Assembly (NCBI GenBank): GCA_949299395.1
Contig: CASGAB010000001.1
Coordinates: forward strand, 8,365 to 72,364
DNA length: 64,000 nucleotides
Source of the DNA: an uncultured bacterium
GTDB taxonomy: Bacteria > Bacillota_I > Bacilli_A > RFN20 > CAG-826
Direction: 5' to 3'
In this document: in pieces, positions 53,813-63,783 of the stretch
Numbering within the stretch: the stretch's first letter is position 1
How the letters are laid out: the number at the start of each line of letters is the position of its first letter
Notes under the pieces: generated by a model
Told to the model about the DNA's origin: nothing
The model's input: the letters and a program-made list of their open reading frames with translations, nothing else
Database searches by the model: none
Position numbers and translations under genes: made by a program

Positions 53813-56470
53813 ATGGCAAAACAATATGTTTACCTTTTTAAAGATGCATATGGCTTAGGTAAAGAGCTTTTAGGTGGTAAAGGTGCTGGTCTTGCAGAAA
53901 TGACCCACATCGGAGTCCCAATTCCTCAAGGTTTTACAGTTTCAACCGAAGCATGTACTCTTTATTATCAAAGCAATAAATCAATGCCTGATTATTTAAT
54001 TGCTCAAATTGATGAAGGTATTAGAGACGTTGAAAAAGAAACAGGAAAATCATTTGGTGGTGTTGACGCATCAAAAATGCCTTTACTTGTTTCAGTTCGT
54101 TCTGGCGCAAGAGTCTCAATGCCAGGTATGATGGATACAATTTTAAACTTAGGTTTAAATGATGCATCTGTTGAATTATTAGCAAAAGCTAGCGGAAACG
54201 AACGATTTGCTTACGATTCATATCGTAGATTTATCTTAATGTTCACAAACATTGCTAAAGGTCATCCAAGAACTAACATGGATAAAATGTTAGAAGAATT
54301 AAAGGAAACTAAAGGCTATAAAGTTGATAGTGATATCCCAGCTGAAGATTTAAAAGAATTAGTCGCAAAATATAAAGAATATTATAGAAACACATTCGGC
54401 GAAGACTTCCCAAGCGATCCTTATGAACAATTACACGAAGCAGTTACAGCTGTCTTTAGATCCTGGGATAACGATAGAGCAAACGTTTACCGTAAGATGA
54501 ATGGTATTCCTTATGAATGGGGTACAGCAGTTAACGTTCAATCAATGGTTTTCGGTAACTTAAACGATAATTCTGGTACAGGTGTTGCTTTCTCAAGAGA
54601 CCCATCAACAGGTAAAAAAGAAATTTATGCTGAATATTTACCATGTGCACAAGGTGAAGACGTTGTCGCAGGTATTAGAACTCCAATGCATATCGATGAA
54701 TTAAAGAGAAGAATGCCAGATGTCTATGAACAATTCGCAAGAACAATCAAAGACATGGAAGCTCACTATAAAGATATGCAAGATATGGAATACACCGTTG
54801 AAAACGGAAAACTCTATTTCTTACAAACAAGAAATGGTAAGAGAACAGCTCAAGCTTCATTACAAATCGCATTCGACTTATTAGATGAAGGCGTTATCGA
54901 TGAAGAAACCGCAGTTTGTAGAATCGAACCACAATTATTAGATTCACTCTTACACCCAACATTCGATAAGGATGAATTAAAAGCTCATACTCCAGTCGCA
55001 AGTGGTAACCCAGCTTCGCCAGGTGCAGGTGTTGGTAAATTATCATTTGATGCTAAAGATGCTGAAGAAAGACATGCAAACGGCGAAAAAGTCGTCTTAG
55101 TCAGAGCTGAAACATCTCCAGAAGATATCGAAGGTATGGTCGCTGCAGAAGGTATCTTAACTATGAGAGGTGGTATGACTTCTCACGCTGCAGTTGTTGC
55201 TAGAGGTATGGGTAAATGCTGTATTACAGGTTGTAGCGCAGCTATCGTTGATGAAGAAGCAAGAACTTTAACAATTAACGGTAAAGTCTATACTGAAAAC
55301 GATACAATTTCTCTTAACGGTTCAACCGGTGAAGTTTACGAAGGTGCTATTAAATTAGTCGAAGCTGATACATCATCAGGTAACTTCGGTAGATTAATGA
55401 CCTTAGCTAACAAATATAAGAGATTATCAATTAGAACAAATGCCGATACTCCACGTGATGCTATCCAAGCTGCAAAATTCGGTGCTGAAGGTATCGGTTT
55501 ATGTAGAACAGAACACATGTTCTTCGATAAAGATAGAATCTTCCACATGAGAAAAATGATTCTTTCTGACACAGTCGAAGAAAGAGAAGCAGCATTAGCA
55601 GAACTTCTCCCATATCAAAGAGATGACTTCTATGGATTATATATGTCCATGAAAGACTTAAACGAAATCAACGTTAATGTTAGATTACTCGACCCACCTC
55701 TTCACGAATTCTTACCTCAAGAAGAAGATAAGATTCAAGAATTAGCAACTGCTTTAAATAAGAGCGTTCAAGATATTAAAGATAGAATCGCTTACTTACA
55801 TGAATTCAACCCAATGATGGGCCACAGAGGATGTAGATTAGACGTTTCTTATCCAGAAATCGGTAGAATGCAAGCAAGAGCTATCATGGAAGCTGCTATT
55901 AAAGCTAGTGAAGAATTAAAACGTGATATTCAACCAGAAATCATGATCCCATTAACACTTGATATTAAAGAATTCAAATATGTTAAGAAGATTGTTTGTG
56001 AAGAAGCTGAAAAAGTCTTAGCTGAACACAATTCACACTTACATTACCATGTCGGTACTATGATTGAAATTCCACGTGCTGCATTACTCTCAGGTGAAAT
56101 CGCAACTGAAGCTGAATTCTATTCATTCGGTACAAATGACTTAACACAAATGACATTCGGTTTCTCAAGAGATGATGCTTCTAAATTCTTACCAGACTAC
56201 TATAAGAATAAGATCTTAGAATTTGATCCATTCCAAACTGTCGACCAAAAAGGTGTCGGTAAATTAATTAAAATGGCAGTTAAAGATGGTAAAGAAGCTC
56301 GTCCAACACTCTTAACAGGTGTTTGTGGTGAACACGGTGGTGATCCAAGAAGTATTGAATTCTTCAATAGAGTTGGATTAGACTACGTCTCATGTTCTCC
56401 ATTCAGAGTCCCAATCGCAAGATTAGCAGCTGCTCAAGCTGAAATCTTACTCAAAAAGGAAGGTAAATAG
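53813..56470 (+). CDS. ppdK: Pyruvate, phosphate dikinase
   Basis: 885 aa, with 'GGKGAGLAEMT' (ATP-grasp), phospho-His 'GGMTSHAAVVARGMG', and 'CGE' in the PEP-utilising TIM-barrel domain. Confidence 0.95.
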   Translation: MAKQYVYLFKDAYGLGKELLGGKGAGLAEMTHIGVPIPQGFTVSTEACTLYYQSNKSMPDYLIAQIDEGIRDVEKETGKSFGGVDASKMPLLVSVRSGARVSMPGMMDTILNLGLNDASVELLAKASGNERFAYDSYRRFILMFTNIAKGHPRTNMDKMLEELKETKGYKVDSDIPAEDLKELVAKYKEYYRNTFGEDFPSDPYEQLHEAVTAVFRSWDNDRANVYRKMNGIPYEWGTAVNVQSMVFGNLNDNSGTGVAFSRDPSTGKKEIYAEYLPCAQGEDVVAGIRTPMHIDELKRRMPDVYEQFARTIKDMEAHYKDMQDMEYTVENGKLYFLQTRNGKRTAQASLQIAFDLLDEGVIDEETAVCRIEPQLLDSLLHPTFDKDELKAHTPVASGNPASPGAGVGKLSFDAKDAEERHANGEKVVLVRAETSPEDIEGMVAAEGILTMRGGMTSHAAVVARGMGKCCITGCSAAIVDEEARTLTINGKVYTENDTISLNGSTGEVYEGAIKLVEADTSSGNFGRLMTLANKYKRLSIRTNADTPRDAIQAAKFGAEGIGLCRTEHMFFDKDRIFHMRKMILSDTVEEREAALAELLPYQRDDFYGLYMSMKDLNEINVNVRLLDPPLHEFLPQEEDKIQELATALNKSVQDIKDRIAYLHEFNPMMGHRGCRLDVSYPEIGRMQARAIMEAAIKASEELKRDIQPEIMIPLTLDIKEFKYVKKIVCEEAEKVLAEHNSHLHYHVGTMIEIPRAALLSGEIATEAEFYSFGTNDLTQMTFGFSRDDASKFLPDYYKNKILEFDPFQTVDQKGVGKLIKMAVKDGKEARPTLLTGVCGEHGGDPRSIEFFNRVGLDYVSCSPFRVPIARLAAAQAEILLKKEGK

Positions 56471-56496
56471 TTAACCTTCCTTTACTAAAGTAATAT

Positions 56497-56530
56497 AGAG
56501 ACCAGGATTTCCTGGTCTCTTTTATTTTTC
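56497..56530 (+). terminator. Intrinsic terminator after ppdK
   Basis: A 10-bp stem AGAGACCAGG/CCTGGTCTCT with loop ATTT, followed by TTTATTTTT. Confidence 0.7.
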
Positions 56531-56571
56531 TAACTTTCTATTTATAATTAATTTTATAAAGGATAAACAAT

Positions 56572-56916
56572 ATGAAATATTGTGTATTTTGTGGAAAAAA
56601 AATTAATGATGATAATTTATTTTGTCCATATTGTGGAAATAAACAACCAGAATTAAAAGAAATTTCAGAACAAAATGAAGTTATTAGCGAAAAAAAGAAA
56701 GAATCTAAAACAAGTTTAGTTTTAGGTATTCTTTCAATTATTTTTACTCTTTCTTTAGGATTATCTTTTATCGGTGCAATTTTAGGTATGATTGGTTTAT
56801 TAAAATCTAAAAATGGTGAATATAAAACACTTAACGCGATAGGAATAATTGTTTTTATAGTAGAAGCATTAATTGGATTAATTATTACAATTATTCTTCT
56901 ATGTCTATATGCATAA
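56572..56916 (+). CDS. Small membrane protein with an N-terminal zinc ribbon
   Basis: 'CVFCGKKINDDNLFCPYCG' (CxxC-x10-CxxC) followed by two TM helices. A Shine-Dalgarno AAGGA lies upstream. The overlapping minus-strand ORF 56538..56927 is judged spurious. Confidence 0.5.
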   Translation: MKYCVFCGKKINDDNLFCPYCGNKQPELKEISEQNEVISEKKKESKTSLVLGILSIIFTLSLGLSFIGAILGMIGLLKSKNGEYKTLNAIGIIVFIVEALIGLIITIILLCLYA

Positions 56917-56948
56917 GAAAAGGCCAAGTAGACGGCCTTTTTATTTAA
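56917..56948. terminator. Bidirectional intrinsic terminator between the zinc-ribbon membrane protein gene (+) and ispE (-)
   Basis: AAAAGGCC-aagtagac-GGCCTTTTTATTT. Both strands have a T-tract and an A-tract. Confidence 0.6.
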
Positions 56949-57792
56949 TTAATTTAGTTAATTCAGTGTGAAAACCTTTAAAATATAATTCTTTTTCTGC
57001 TTTTTTAAGTAGGTTGATATTTTCACTTATTGCATAAATTGTTGAACCGCTTCCACTCATATCAACAATTTCAAATCCATATTCTTTTACGCTGTTATAA
57101 GTTTCAACAATAGAAGGCTGTAAACGTGAAGCTGGTCCATATAAAGAATTAAAAACGTGTTTTCCTGTTTCAATTAAATCACCATTTTTAAAATGTTTTA
57201 AAACCTCATCAACATCTCCATGAACTAAATCATGATTATTTGCTTCTTCAAAAACTTGAGCAGTACTACTTCCAAAAATAGGTTTAACAAGTAATACATA
57301 ATAAGATTTAGGAATATCAATAAATGTTAATTTATCGCCCTTATCTTCAATAATTGCAGGTTTATTATAATATTGAACATAAACATCACTTCCAATCGAA
57401 GAACAAATTTCTTTAATTTCTTCATCACTTGGATGTAATTTTAAGATTTTAATTAATCCTCTTAAAGCAGCTGCTGCATCAGCACTTCCTCCACCAAGTC
57501 CAGCTTGAAGAAAGATATTTTTATGTATTTCAACGTTGAAATGTTCTTCAAAATGCCATTTTTCTCTACAAACTTCAATCATTTTATGAACTAAATTATA
57601 TTTAGAAATACGTAATGAAAAATCATCACAAACAACAAAGTCATCTGGAGTATTCTTTGATAATTTTGAAATATCTAAAGTATCGTGAAGTTCTATAGGA
57701 AGAACTATTGATTTTAAATTGTGATAACCATCTTCTCTTAAACCTAAACAGTCTAAAGAAAGATTAATTTTTGCGTAAGCTTTTACTATCAT
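56941..57792 (-). CDS. ispE: 4-diphosphocytidyl-2-C-methyl-D-erythritol kinase
   Basis: 'KAYAKINLSLDCLGLREDGYH' and the GHMP-kinase ATP-binding motif 'LQAGLGGGSADAAAAL'. Confidence 0.85.
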   Translation of the reverse strand: MIVKAYAKINLSLDCLGLREDGYHNLKSIVLPIELHDTLDISKLSKNTPDDFVVCDDFSLRISKYNLVHKMIEVCREKWHFEEHFNVEIHKNIFLQAGLGGGSADAAAALRGLIKILKLHPSDEEIKEICSSIGSDVYVQYYNKPAIIEDKGDKLTFIDIPKSYYVLLVKPIFGSSTAQVFEEANNHDLVHGDVDEVLKHFKNGDLIETGKHVFNSLYGPASRLQPSIVETYNSVKEYGFEIVDMSGSGSTIYAISENINLLKKAEKELYFKGFHTELTKLIK

Positions 57793-57803
57793 AATGCCTT
57801 AAA

Positions 57804-58628
57804 TTATAAAGAAATTATTTTAAGATTCAATAATTCCTTAGTTAAATTTATAAAATCATTTACACTTAATTCTTCGGCTCTCATATTTTGTTTTAAAGAG
57901 CAGTTTTGTATGACTTTTTTGATTGTTTCATCATCATTTATCATGGTTTTAAAATTGTTATAAATTGTTTTTCTTCTTAATTTAAATAACGTTTTAGAAA
58001 CCTTTAATAAAGCTAAATTAAATTTATGATCAAAGCCCTCTTTGATAGTCATTTTAAAAACAATACTATCAACGTTTGGAACAGGGAAGAATGAGTTTTT
58101 TGAAACTAAAAATAGCTTTTTAATGTTATATGCATAATTAATTACAACATTTAAAGCGTTATAATCCTTTCCTTTTAAAAAAAGTAAACGACTTAAAGCT
58201 TCGTTTTGAACCATAAAAACACCTTCTTTAAAGTTATTAAAGTGTTTAATGATATGTTCGATAATTTCGGTTGTAATATAATAAGGAAGATTTCCAATTA
58301 TTTTTTCAAATTTATAATCTTTATAATGTAAAAAATTGCCTTTAATAACAGTTAAATTTGTATTTTTTGAATAACAATTATTTAAAAAATTAACAAGTTT
58401 TTGATCATATTCAACCGCAGTAAGATTAATATTTTTTTTAATCAATTCGCCAGTTAAAGCACCTAAACCAGGTCCAATTTCTAAAACTTCTTCTTTTTCA
58501 GTTGTAGATAAAGAAGAAACAATTTCGTTAATAACTTTTTCATCAATCAAAAAGTTTTGGCCGAGTTCTTTTTTAGCATGTGAGTATTCTAAAAGGAAAA
58601 AATCTTTAATTTCATCTTTATTTAACAT
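57804..58628 (-). CDS. rsmA: 16S rRNA (adenine1518/1519-N6)-dimethyltransferase RsmA/KsgA
   Basis: 'LGQNFLIDEKVINEIV' and the SAM-binding 'VLEIGPGLGALT'. Confidence 0.9.
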   Translation of the reverse strand: MLNKDEIKDFFLLEYSHAKKELGQNFLIDEKVINEIVSSLSTTEKEEVLEIGPGLGALTGELIKKNINLTAVEYDQKLVNFLNNCYSKNTNLTVIKGNFLHYKDYKFEKIIGNLPYYITTEIIEHIIKHFNNFKEGVFMVQNEALSRLLFLKGKDYNALNVVINYAYNIKKLFLVSKNSFFPVPNVDSIVFKMTIKEGFDHKFNLALLKVSKTLFKLRRKTIYNNFKTMINDDETIKKVIQNCSLKQNMRAEELSVNDFINLTKELLNLKIISL

Positions 58629-59166
58629 CTTTTAAAACCTCCTCAAGTTCTTTTTTACTAATATTTAGCATATTTATTCTTTTTAAGAATGATTTTGAAT
58701 TATTAAAACCAATTTTGAAATATTCAGATAGATATTTGCGTTTTTTAAATGAGTCTTCTTTTCCTGTTAAACCTAAATCATATAAATCTAAAGTGGAAAT
58801 TTTGTTTTTATTATCTGAAATTGGTTCAAAATTCTTTGGGTTAGTTAAAGCAGTTAAAATTTCTTCTTTTGTTGATTCAGCAACTCCTACTTTATGATGT
58901 TTAATAGAAACTTCTTTTCTAATAAATGCATCATGGATTTTTGGGCATTTTTCCTTAATTTTATTCCTTATTTGTATTCCAGGAAAATCTGGATCAGTCA
59001 ATACTATTACGTTTCCACGTGATAAGTATTCATTAATAAAATTAAAATCTTTTTCTTCGACTGCAGATCCATTAACACTATAAAAATCCGCCTCTATAAA
59101 TGAAGATAAAAAGTCTATATCAGTCTTACCTTCGACTACTATTAAAGCGTTGACTTTAGTCTTCAT
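58618..59166 (-). CDS. rnmV: Ribonuclease M5 (Toprim-domain RnmV)
   Basis: Toprim 'ALIVVEGKTDIDFLSSF' and 'VIVLTDPDFPG'. Its position between tatD and ksgA matches Bacillus yabF. Confidence 0.8.
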   Translation of the reverse strand: MKTKVNALIVVEGKTDIDFLSSFIEADFYSVNGSAVEEKDFNFINEYLSRGNVIVLTDPDFPGIQIRNKIKEKCPKIHDAFIRKEVSIKHHKVGVAESTKEEILTALTNPKNFEPISDNKNKISTLDLYDLGLTGKEDSFKKRKYLSEYFKIGFNNSKSFLKRINMLNISKKELEEVLKDVK

Positions 59167-59944
59167 TTTTGTTTTTCACGTGAAAAATTGAACAAGAATT
59201 TGTGAAAACTTGTTCTTCAAATTGTTTCACATCCATATTTAATAAATTAGCAGCAAAAATCGAAGTATTATTTATGAATTTTGGTTCATTTAATCTTCCT
59301 CTATAAGGCATTGGAGCTAAATAAGGGGCATCAGTTTCTAAAACTATGCTTTCAAGTGGTATTGAAGTCAAAACTTGTTTAGAAACAATACTATTTTTAA
59401 AGGTTAAAACACCACCGAAAGCGATTTTATAGCCAATTTTTACAAATTCTTTAGCCATTTCAACACTTCCTGAATAACAATGCATTACTCCACCTTGTTT
59501 AACAGGATTGTTTTTTAAAATATCAAAAGTATCTTGAATAGCATCTCTACAATGAATTGTAACTGGCAAATTATATTTATTAGCCAATTCAATATGTTTT
59601 AAAAACATTTCTTTTTGTTTTTCTTTGATAGAATCTTCTTTTTCCCAATAATAATCAAGTCCTGTTTCACCAATAGCAACTATTTTTGAAGAAGTTTTTA
59701 ATAATTCTTCGAGTTTTTTGAAATCTTCTTCGTTATACTGTTCATGTTCTGTTGGCATGATTGCAATCGCTGCATATATATAAGGATAAATAGTAGCTAA
59801 TTCGACTGCTTTTTTCGAGGATTCATAATCCCAACCAACACATAAAAATTTAGAAACTCCTTCTTTTAGAGCTTCTTCTAAATAATTATCTAAATTTGAT
59901 AATATTCTCTCTTCATTTAAATGGATATGAGTATCAAAAATCAT
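59156..59944 (-). CDS. tatD: TatD-family metal-dependent DNase/hydrolase
   Basis: 'MIFDTHIHLN' and later His/Asp metal ligands ('VTIHCRDA', 'HCYSG', 'TDAPY'). Confidence 0.85.
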   Translation of the reverse strand: MIFDTHIHLNEERILSNLDNYLEEALKEGVSKFLCVGWDYESSKKAVELATIYPYIYAAIAIMPTEHEQYNEEDFKKLEELLKTSSKIVAIGETGLDYYWEKEDSIKEKQKEMFLKHIELANKYNLPVTIHCRDAIQDTFDILKNNPVKQGGVMHCYSGSVEMAKEFVKIGYKIAFGGVLTFKNSIVSKQVLTSIPLESIVLETDAPYLAPMPYRGRLNEPKFINNTSIFAANLLNMDVKQFEEQVFTNSCSIFHVKNKNED

Positions 59945-59945
59945 A

Positions 59946-61268
59946 TTATTTTCCTACACAGAAACGTGAAAATATCTCTTTCGCAATATCAAAATCATGA
60001 TCTTCACCGGTAATTGATAAAACTTGAAGATACATATCTTTAATATCCGCACTTAAAAGATCAATTGAAATACCATTTTCGTTGTCTTCTTTAACTTTTT
60101 TCATCATTTCCAAGATATTTTTTAATATTCCTAACTCTCTAACACTAGATATCAATGGATTTATATAGTTTTCTTTAGATAAATTTAATTCGTTCATAAT
60201 AGCTTTTTTAAGCGAATCAATTTCTTTATTTAAGGCTGAAATATAAAGATGGTTATCATCTTTTTCACTAATTAAATCAGCTTTATTATTAACAACGATA
60301 TAATGTTTATCTTTAATTAATTCCAAAATTTCTTTATCTTCATCATCAAAAATAGAATTATCAAAAACAGCAATGACTAAATCAGCATCTTGAAGTTTCT
60401 TTTTACTTTTAGAAATACCAATTCCTTCGATTAAATCGTCACTTTCTCTAATTCCGGCTGTATCAAAAAGATTAATAACAACACCGTTTAAAATAAATTT
60501 GCCTTCAACAACGTCTCTTGTTGTTCCTTTTATATCACTAACAATAGCTTTATCTTCATTTAAAAGTGCGTTTAAAATTGATGATTTTCCAACGTTTGGT
60601 TTACCAACAATTGCAACATTAATACCATCTCTAATGATATTACCTTTACTTCCGTTTTTAATTAAATCCTCAATATACACGACATTTTTATTCATTACAT
60701 CCCTGATTTTTTCTTTATTTACTTCTTCTATATCTTCATATTCAGGATAATCAATATTTACTTCAATTAAACTTAATAAATCTCCTAAATCTTGTTTAAT
60801 AGGATTAATTAATTTTGAAGTTGAACCATCTAAAGACATCATTGCAATCTTTTTAGCTTCTTTTGATTCAGAATTAATTAAATCATTAATAGATTCAGCT
60901 TGAATAAGATCCATTTTTCCATTCATATAAGCTCTTGAAGTGAATTCTCCTCCACTTGCAAGACGAGCACCATTTTTAATAGCTAATTCTATAATTTGAT
61001 TAAAAATAATAGGAGAACCATGGGAAATAATTTCTACACTATCTTCTCCAGTAAATGATTTTGGACCCTTATATGCAAGCAAAACTACTTCATCTATTTT
61101 TTCATTATTATCTAATATATATCCATACATGATTGTTGATTTATCAACATCTATTTTTTTAGAGAAAAAAGATGAGCAGATTTTAAAACAATCTTCTCCA
61201 GATAATCTAATAATAGCAAGCGCGCTTCTTAATGCTGGTGTAGCTAATGCAACAATAGTTTCTAACAT
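59946..61268 (-). CDS. mnmE: tRNA modification GTPase MnmE (TrmE)
   Basis: G1 'GKPNVGKSSILNAL', G3 'DTAG', and the C-terminal 'CVGK' tetrapeptide. Confidence 0.9.
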   Translation of the reverse strand: MLETIVALATPALRSALAIIRLSGEDCFKICSSFFSKKIDVDKSTIMYGYILDNNEKIDEVVLLAYKGPKSFTGEDSVEIISHGSPIIFNQIIELAIKNGARLASGGEFTSRAYMNGKMDLIQAESINDLINSESKEAKKIAMMSLDGSTSKLINPIKQDLGDLLSLIEVNIDYPEYEDIEEVNKEKIRDVMNKNVVYIEDLIKNGSKGNIIRDGINVAIVGKPNVGKSSILNALLNEDKAIVSDIKGTTRDVVEGKFILNGVVINLFDTAGIRESDDLIEGIGISKSKKKLQDADLVIAVFDNSIFDDEDKEILELIKDKHYIVVNNKADLISEKDDNHLYISALNKEIDSLKKAIMNELNLSKENYINPLISSVRELGILKNILEMMKKVKEDNENGISIDLLSADIKDMYLQVLSITGEDHDFDIAKEIFSRFCVGK

Positions 61269-61294
61269 ACCTTGATTATATTAAAAAAGGAGAA

Positions 61295-61960
61295 TTAATT
61301 CTCCTTATTTTCATCATTATGAGTTTTTTCAACTGTGATATTAGTTGTTGGAGCACTTCCACCTATATATTTAACGACGATTGCTCTATCTTTTCCATCT
61401 CCAATTGATTCAGTTTTAATGTTTTTCCATGTTGTTAAAGCGTTATGAACTTTCTTTCTTTCATCAGGAGTCATTGGATCAAGTTTGATATCAATATGAG
61501 TTCTACTAACTTCTTTTGCAGCTCTTTTAGCAACGCTAACAACACGAGCATATTTTTTATCTTTATAATCACCAATATCTAAAAGAATTCTGAATTTTCT
61601 TTTAAATTTGCTTGAAACAGCAAGTTTTGTTAATTCATTTAACGATTGTAAGGTTTGACCATTTTTACCAATTAATAATGAATTTCTATCAGTTTCAATT
61701 AAGATTTTAATTAATCCGTTTCTGAAGAATGCTTTTAAAGAAACATCGATTCCTAAGCCGTTTTTGACAACGCCACTAATATAATTTTCAGCATATTCAA
61801 TAACGTCTGCATTATCATAAACTACAATAATTGCTTTTTTAGAAAATAAGCCTTTCTTTTCTTCTTCAACTTCGTAAAGTAATTCTTCAACAGTTAAATT
61901 TAATTCACTTGAAGCATTTGCTAAAGCTTCTTCAACTGTCTTTGCACTAAATCTTTTCAT
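61295..61960 (-). CDS. jag: Jag/KhpB RNA-binding protein (Jag_N, KH and R3H domains)
   Basis: 'MKRFSAKTVEEALANASSELNLTVEEL' is a Jag N-terminus, followed by a KH-like region 'NGLGIDVSLK' and a C-terminal R3H. It lies downstream of yidC. Confidence 0.8.
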   Translation of the reverse strand: MKRFSAKTVEEALANASSELNLTVEELLYEVEEEKKGLFSKKAIIVVYDNADVIEYAENYISGVVKNGLGIDVSLKAFFRNGLIKILIETDRNSLLIGKNGQTLQSLNELTKLAVSSKFKRKFRILLDIGDYKDKKYARVVSVAKRAAKEVSRTHIDIKLDPMTPDERKKVHNALTTWKNIKTESIGDGKDRAIVVKYIGGSAPTTNITVEKTHNDENKEN

Positions 61961-61962
61961 TT

Positions 61963-63783
61963 TTATTTAACTCCTTTTTTAACAAAAACAAAGTGTAAAA
62001 TTAAGCTTTGAATAATTGTAAATATTGATCCAGCAAACCAATAAACACCCATAGCTGCAGGGAGTGTGAAGCCCATAACAATAACGAAGATTGTCATGAC
62101 CCATTGGGTAATTTTCATTGTTTTTGCATTTTTATCCATTGTTTCTGATTTAACAGTCTTAGCAACTTCTTTTGTTCTCTTTTTATTTAACCATTGTGGT
62201 AAAAGCATACCAACAATTTGTCCAGCAGACATAATTAAAATTAAGATTAATGCTGTCCACCATCCTGGATTATTTGGCCAATTTGCAAAATTAGATAAAA
62301 CAGACCAAATTGAATCAGCTAAGTTAAGACCTAAAACTGCGTCAGTTCCTAAAGATGCACTTCCTTGTAATGCATTCCAAACACAAATAAATAATGGGAA
62401 TTGAATAATTAAAGTAACCATCGATAAGAATGGATGGACTTTATGCTTTTTATATAAAGCCATTTGAGCTTGACTAAGTCTTTGCTTATCGTATTCATTT
62501 GTGGTTGCATTAGGATATTTTTGTTGTAATTTAGCAATTTCTGGTTGTAAATAAGACATTTTTTGTTGAGATAAGGTTGATGGGAATGTAATTGCCATAA
62601 ATAAGAATCTAACAATTAAAGTCATAACTAAAACAGCTGCGACTTGTCCCCAACCATTCATTCCAAATGCGTGTGATAAATTTTCAACGCCAACTGCAAT
62701 TGGATAAACAAGTAATCCTTCTAAAAAACCGTGTTTTGTAAAAGCATTACCCCAATCTGCCCAGAAATCAACAGATTTACCTTCAACTTTAACAGTATTA
62801 TTAAGTGGATCGTTAGTTAAATTACCATAGAATCCATCATTAACTGTAATACATGTTCTAACTGTAGAAACTTCTTGATTTAAAAGTAGTTCATAAGCTT
62901 TGATATAGTTTAAAGTCATGACTTTATCTGCGCCTATATCTTTACTAATTTCATCATTCCAAGTCAAAACTCTAGCAAAATAATCAGCAACTTCGTTGCC
63001 TTTATCATCAGTTTTAATACCATAATGTTTTAAATATCCATAATGAGCTAAAATTGAACCATCTTCTCTATCTTTTTGCATTTTATCTAATAAAGCTTCT
63101 TTTTCAGCGCTATCTTCCATAACTTTATAGGAAGCTAAATCTTGAGCACTATAGCCATATAAAGTAGCAAAATCTAAATTAGAAAAATCACTAGAAATTG
63201 TTGAATCAATAACACCCATTTGTTTGTTTGCTTCTTCAACAATTAAAGATAAAGTTTTTTTATCAAGTTCATTAATAAATGAATAACTAGGAATAATATA
63301 GTTTTGTTGTTGAGATGTTGAATTAGTAAAAAGTTGTAAAGTTAAATCGTTTAAACCTGTATACATTTTATATGTAGTTTCAGTTTCATCAGTTTCATTA
63401 ACCTTTACACTAACAACTAATTGACCAGCGTTAACACTATAAAGATTGTCGTTTATATCATTAAATAATCTATTTTCGAATTCTTCTTTGTTTTCGCTAT
63501 ATTTTACAACACCATTATCATCAACAAATTCAAATTCATTCCAGGTTAAAAGTTCTTCTTTTAAACCACTTTTACTTTGAAATTCATTATAAAGATCATC
63601 CATTGCTTCTTTATAAGGATCATTTTCATTTAATGGTTCATAAAAAGTTGTATTTATAGGGTCATATGCATATCTAAAATTTGAAGTATCAGTTACACTA
63701 CAAAAAGAGTTACAAGAAGCTAAAATAGCAAGTGTTCCAATTCCTCCAACTATTGCAAGTGTATTTCTTAAACTTTTTTTCAT
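61963..63783 (-). CDS. yidC: Membrane protein insertase YidC/Oxa1 family with an unusually long (~330-aa) N-terminal lipoprotein ectodomain
   Basis: Lipobox 'ILASCNS'. The C-terminal 60-kDa-insertase core has five TM helices ('VAAVLVMTLIVRFLFMAITFP'...). The start overlaps the rnpA stop (TAATG). Confidence 0.85.
   Translation of the reverse strand: MKKSLRNTLAIVGGIGTLAILASCNSFCSVTDTSNFRYAYDPINTTFYEPLNENDPYKEAMDDLYNEFQSKSGLKEELLTWNEFEFVDDNGVVKYSENKEEFENRLFNDINDNLYSVNAGQLVVSVKVNETDETETTYKMYTGLNDLTLQLFTNSTSQQQNYIIPSYSFINELDKKTLSLIVEEANKQMGVIDSTISSDFSNLDFATLYGYSAQDLASYKVMEDSAEKEALLDKMQKDREDGSILAHYGYLKHYGIKTDDKGNEVADYFARVLTWNDEISKDIGADKVMTLNYIKAYELLLNQEVSTVRTCITVNDGFYGNLTNDPLNNTVKVEGKSVDFWADWGNAFTKHGFLEGLLVYPIAVGVENLSHAFGMNGWGQVAAVLVMTLIVRFLFMAITFPSTLSQQKMSYLQPEIAKLQQKYPNATTNEYDKQRLSQAQMALYKKHKVHPFLSMVTLIIQFPLFICVWNALQGSASLGTDAVLGLNLADSIWSVLSNFANWPNNPGWWTALILILIMSAGQIVGMLLPQWLNKKRTKEVAKTVKSETMDKNAKTMKITQWVMTIFVIVMGFTLPAAMGVYWFAGSIFTIIQSLILHFVFVKKGVK

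Noticed and set aside
56538-56927. Minus-strand 129-aa ORF overlapping the zinc-ribbon membrane protein gene
   Set aside because: The plus-strand ORF has an SD, a zinc-ribbon motif and TM helices. The minus-strand ORF is a low-complexity I/K/F-rich antisense artefact typical of AT-rich DNA.
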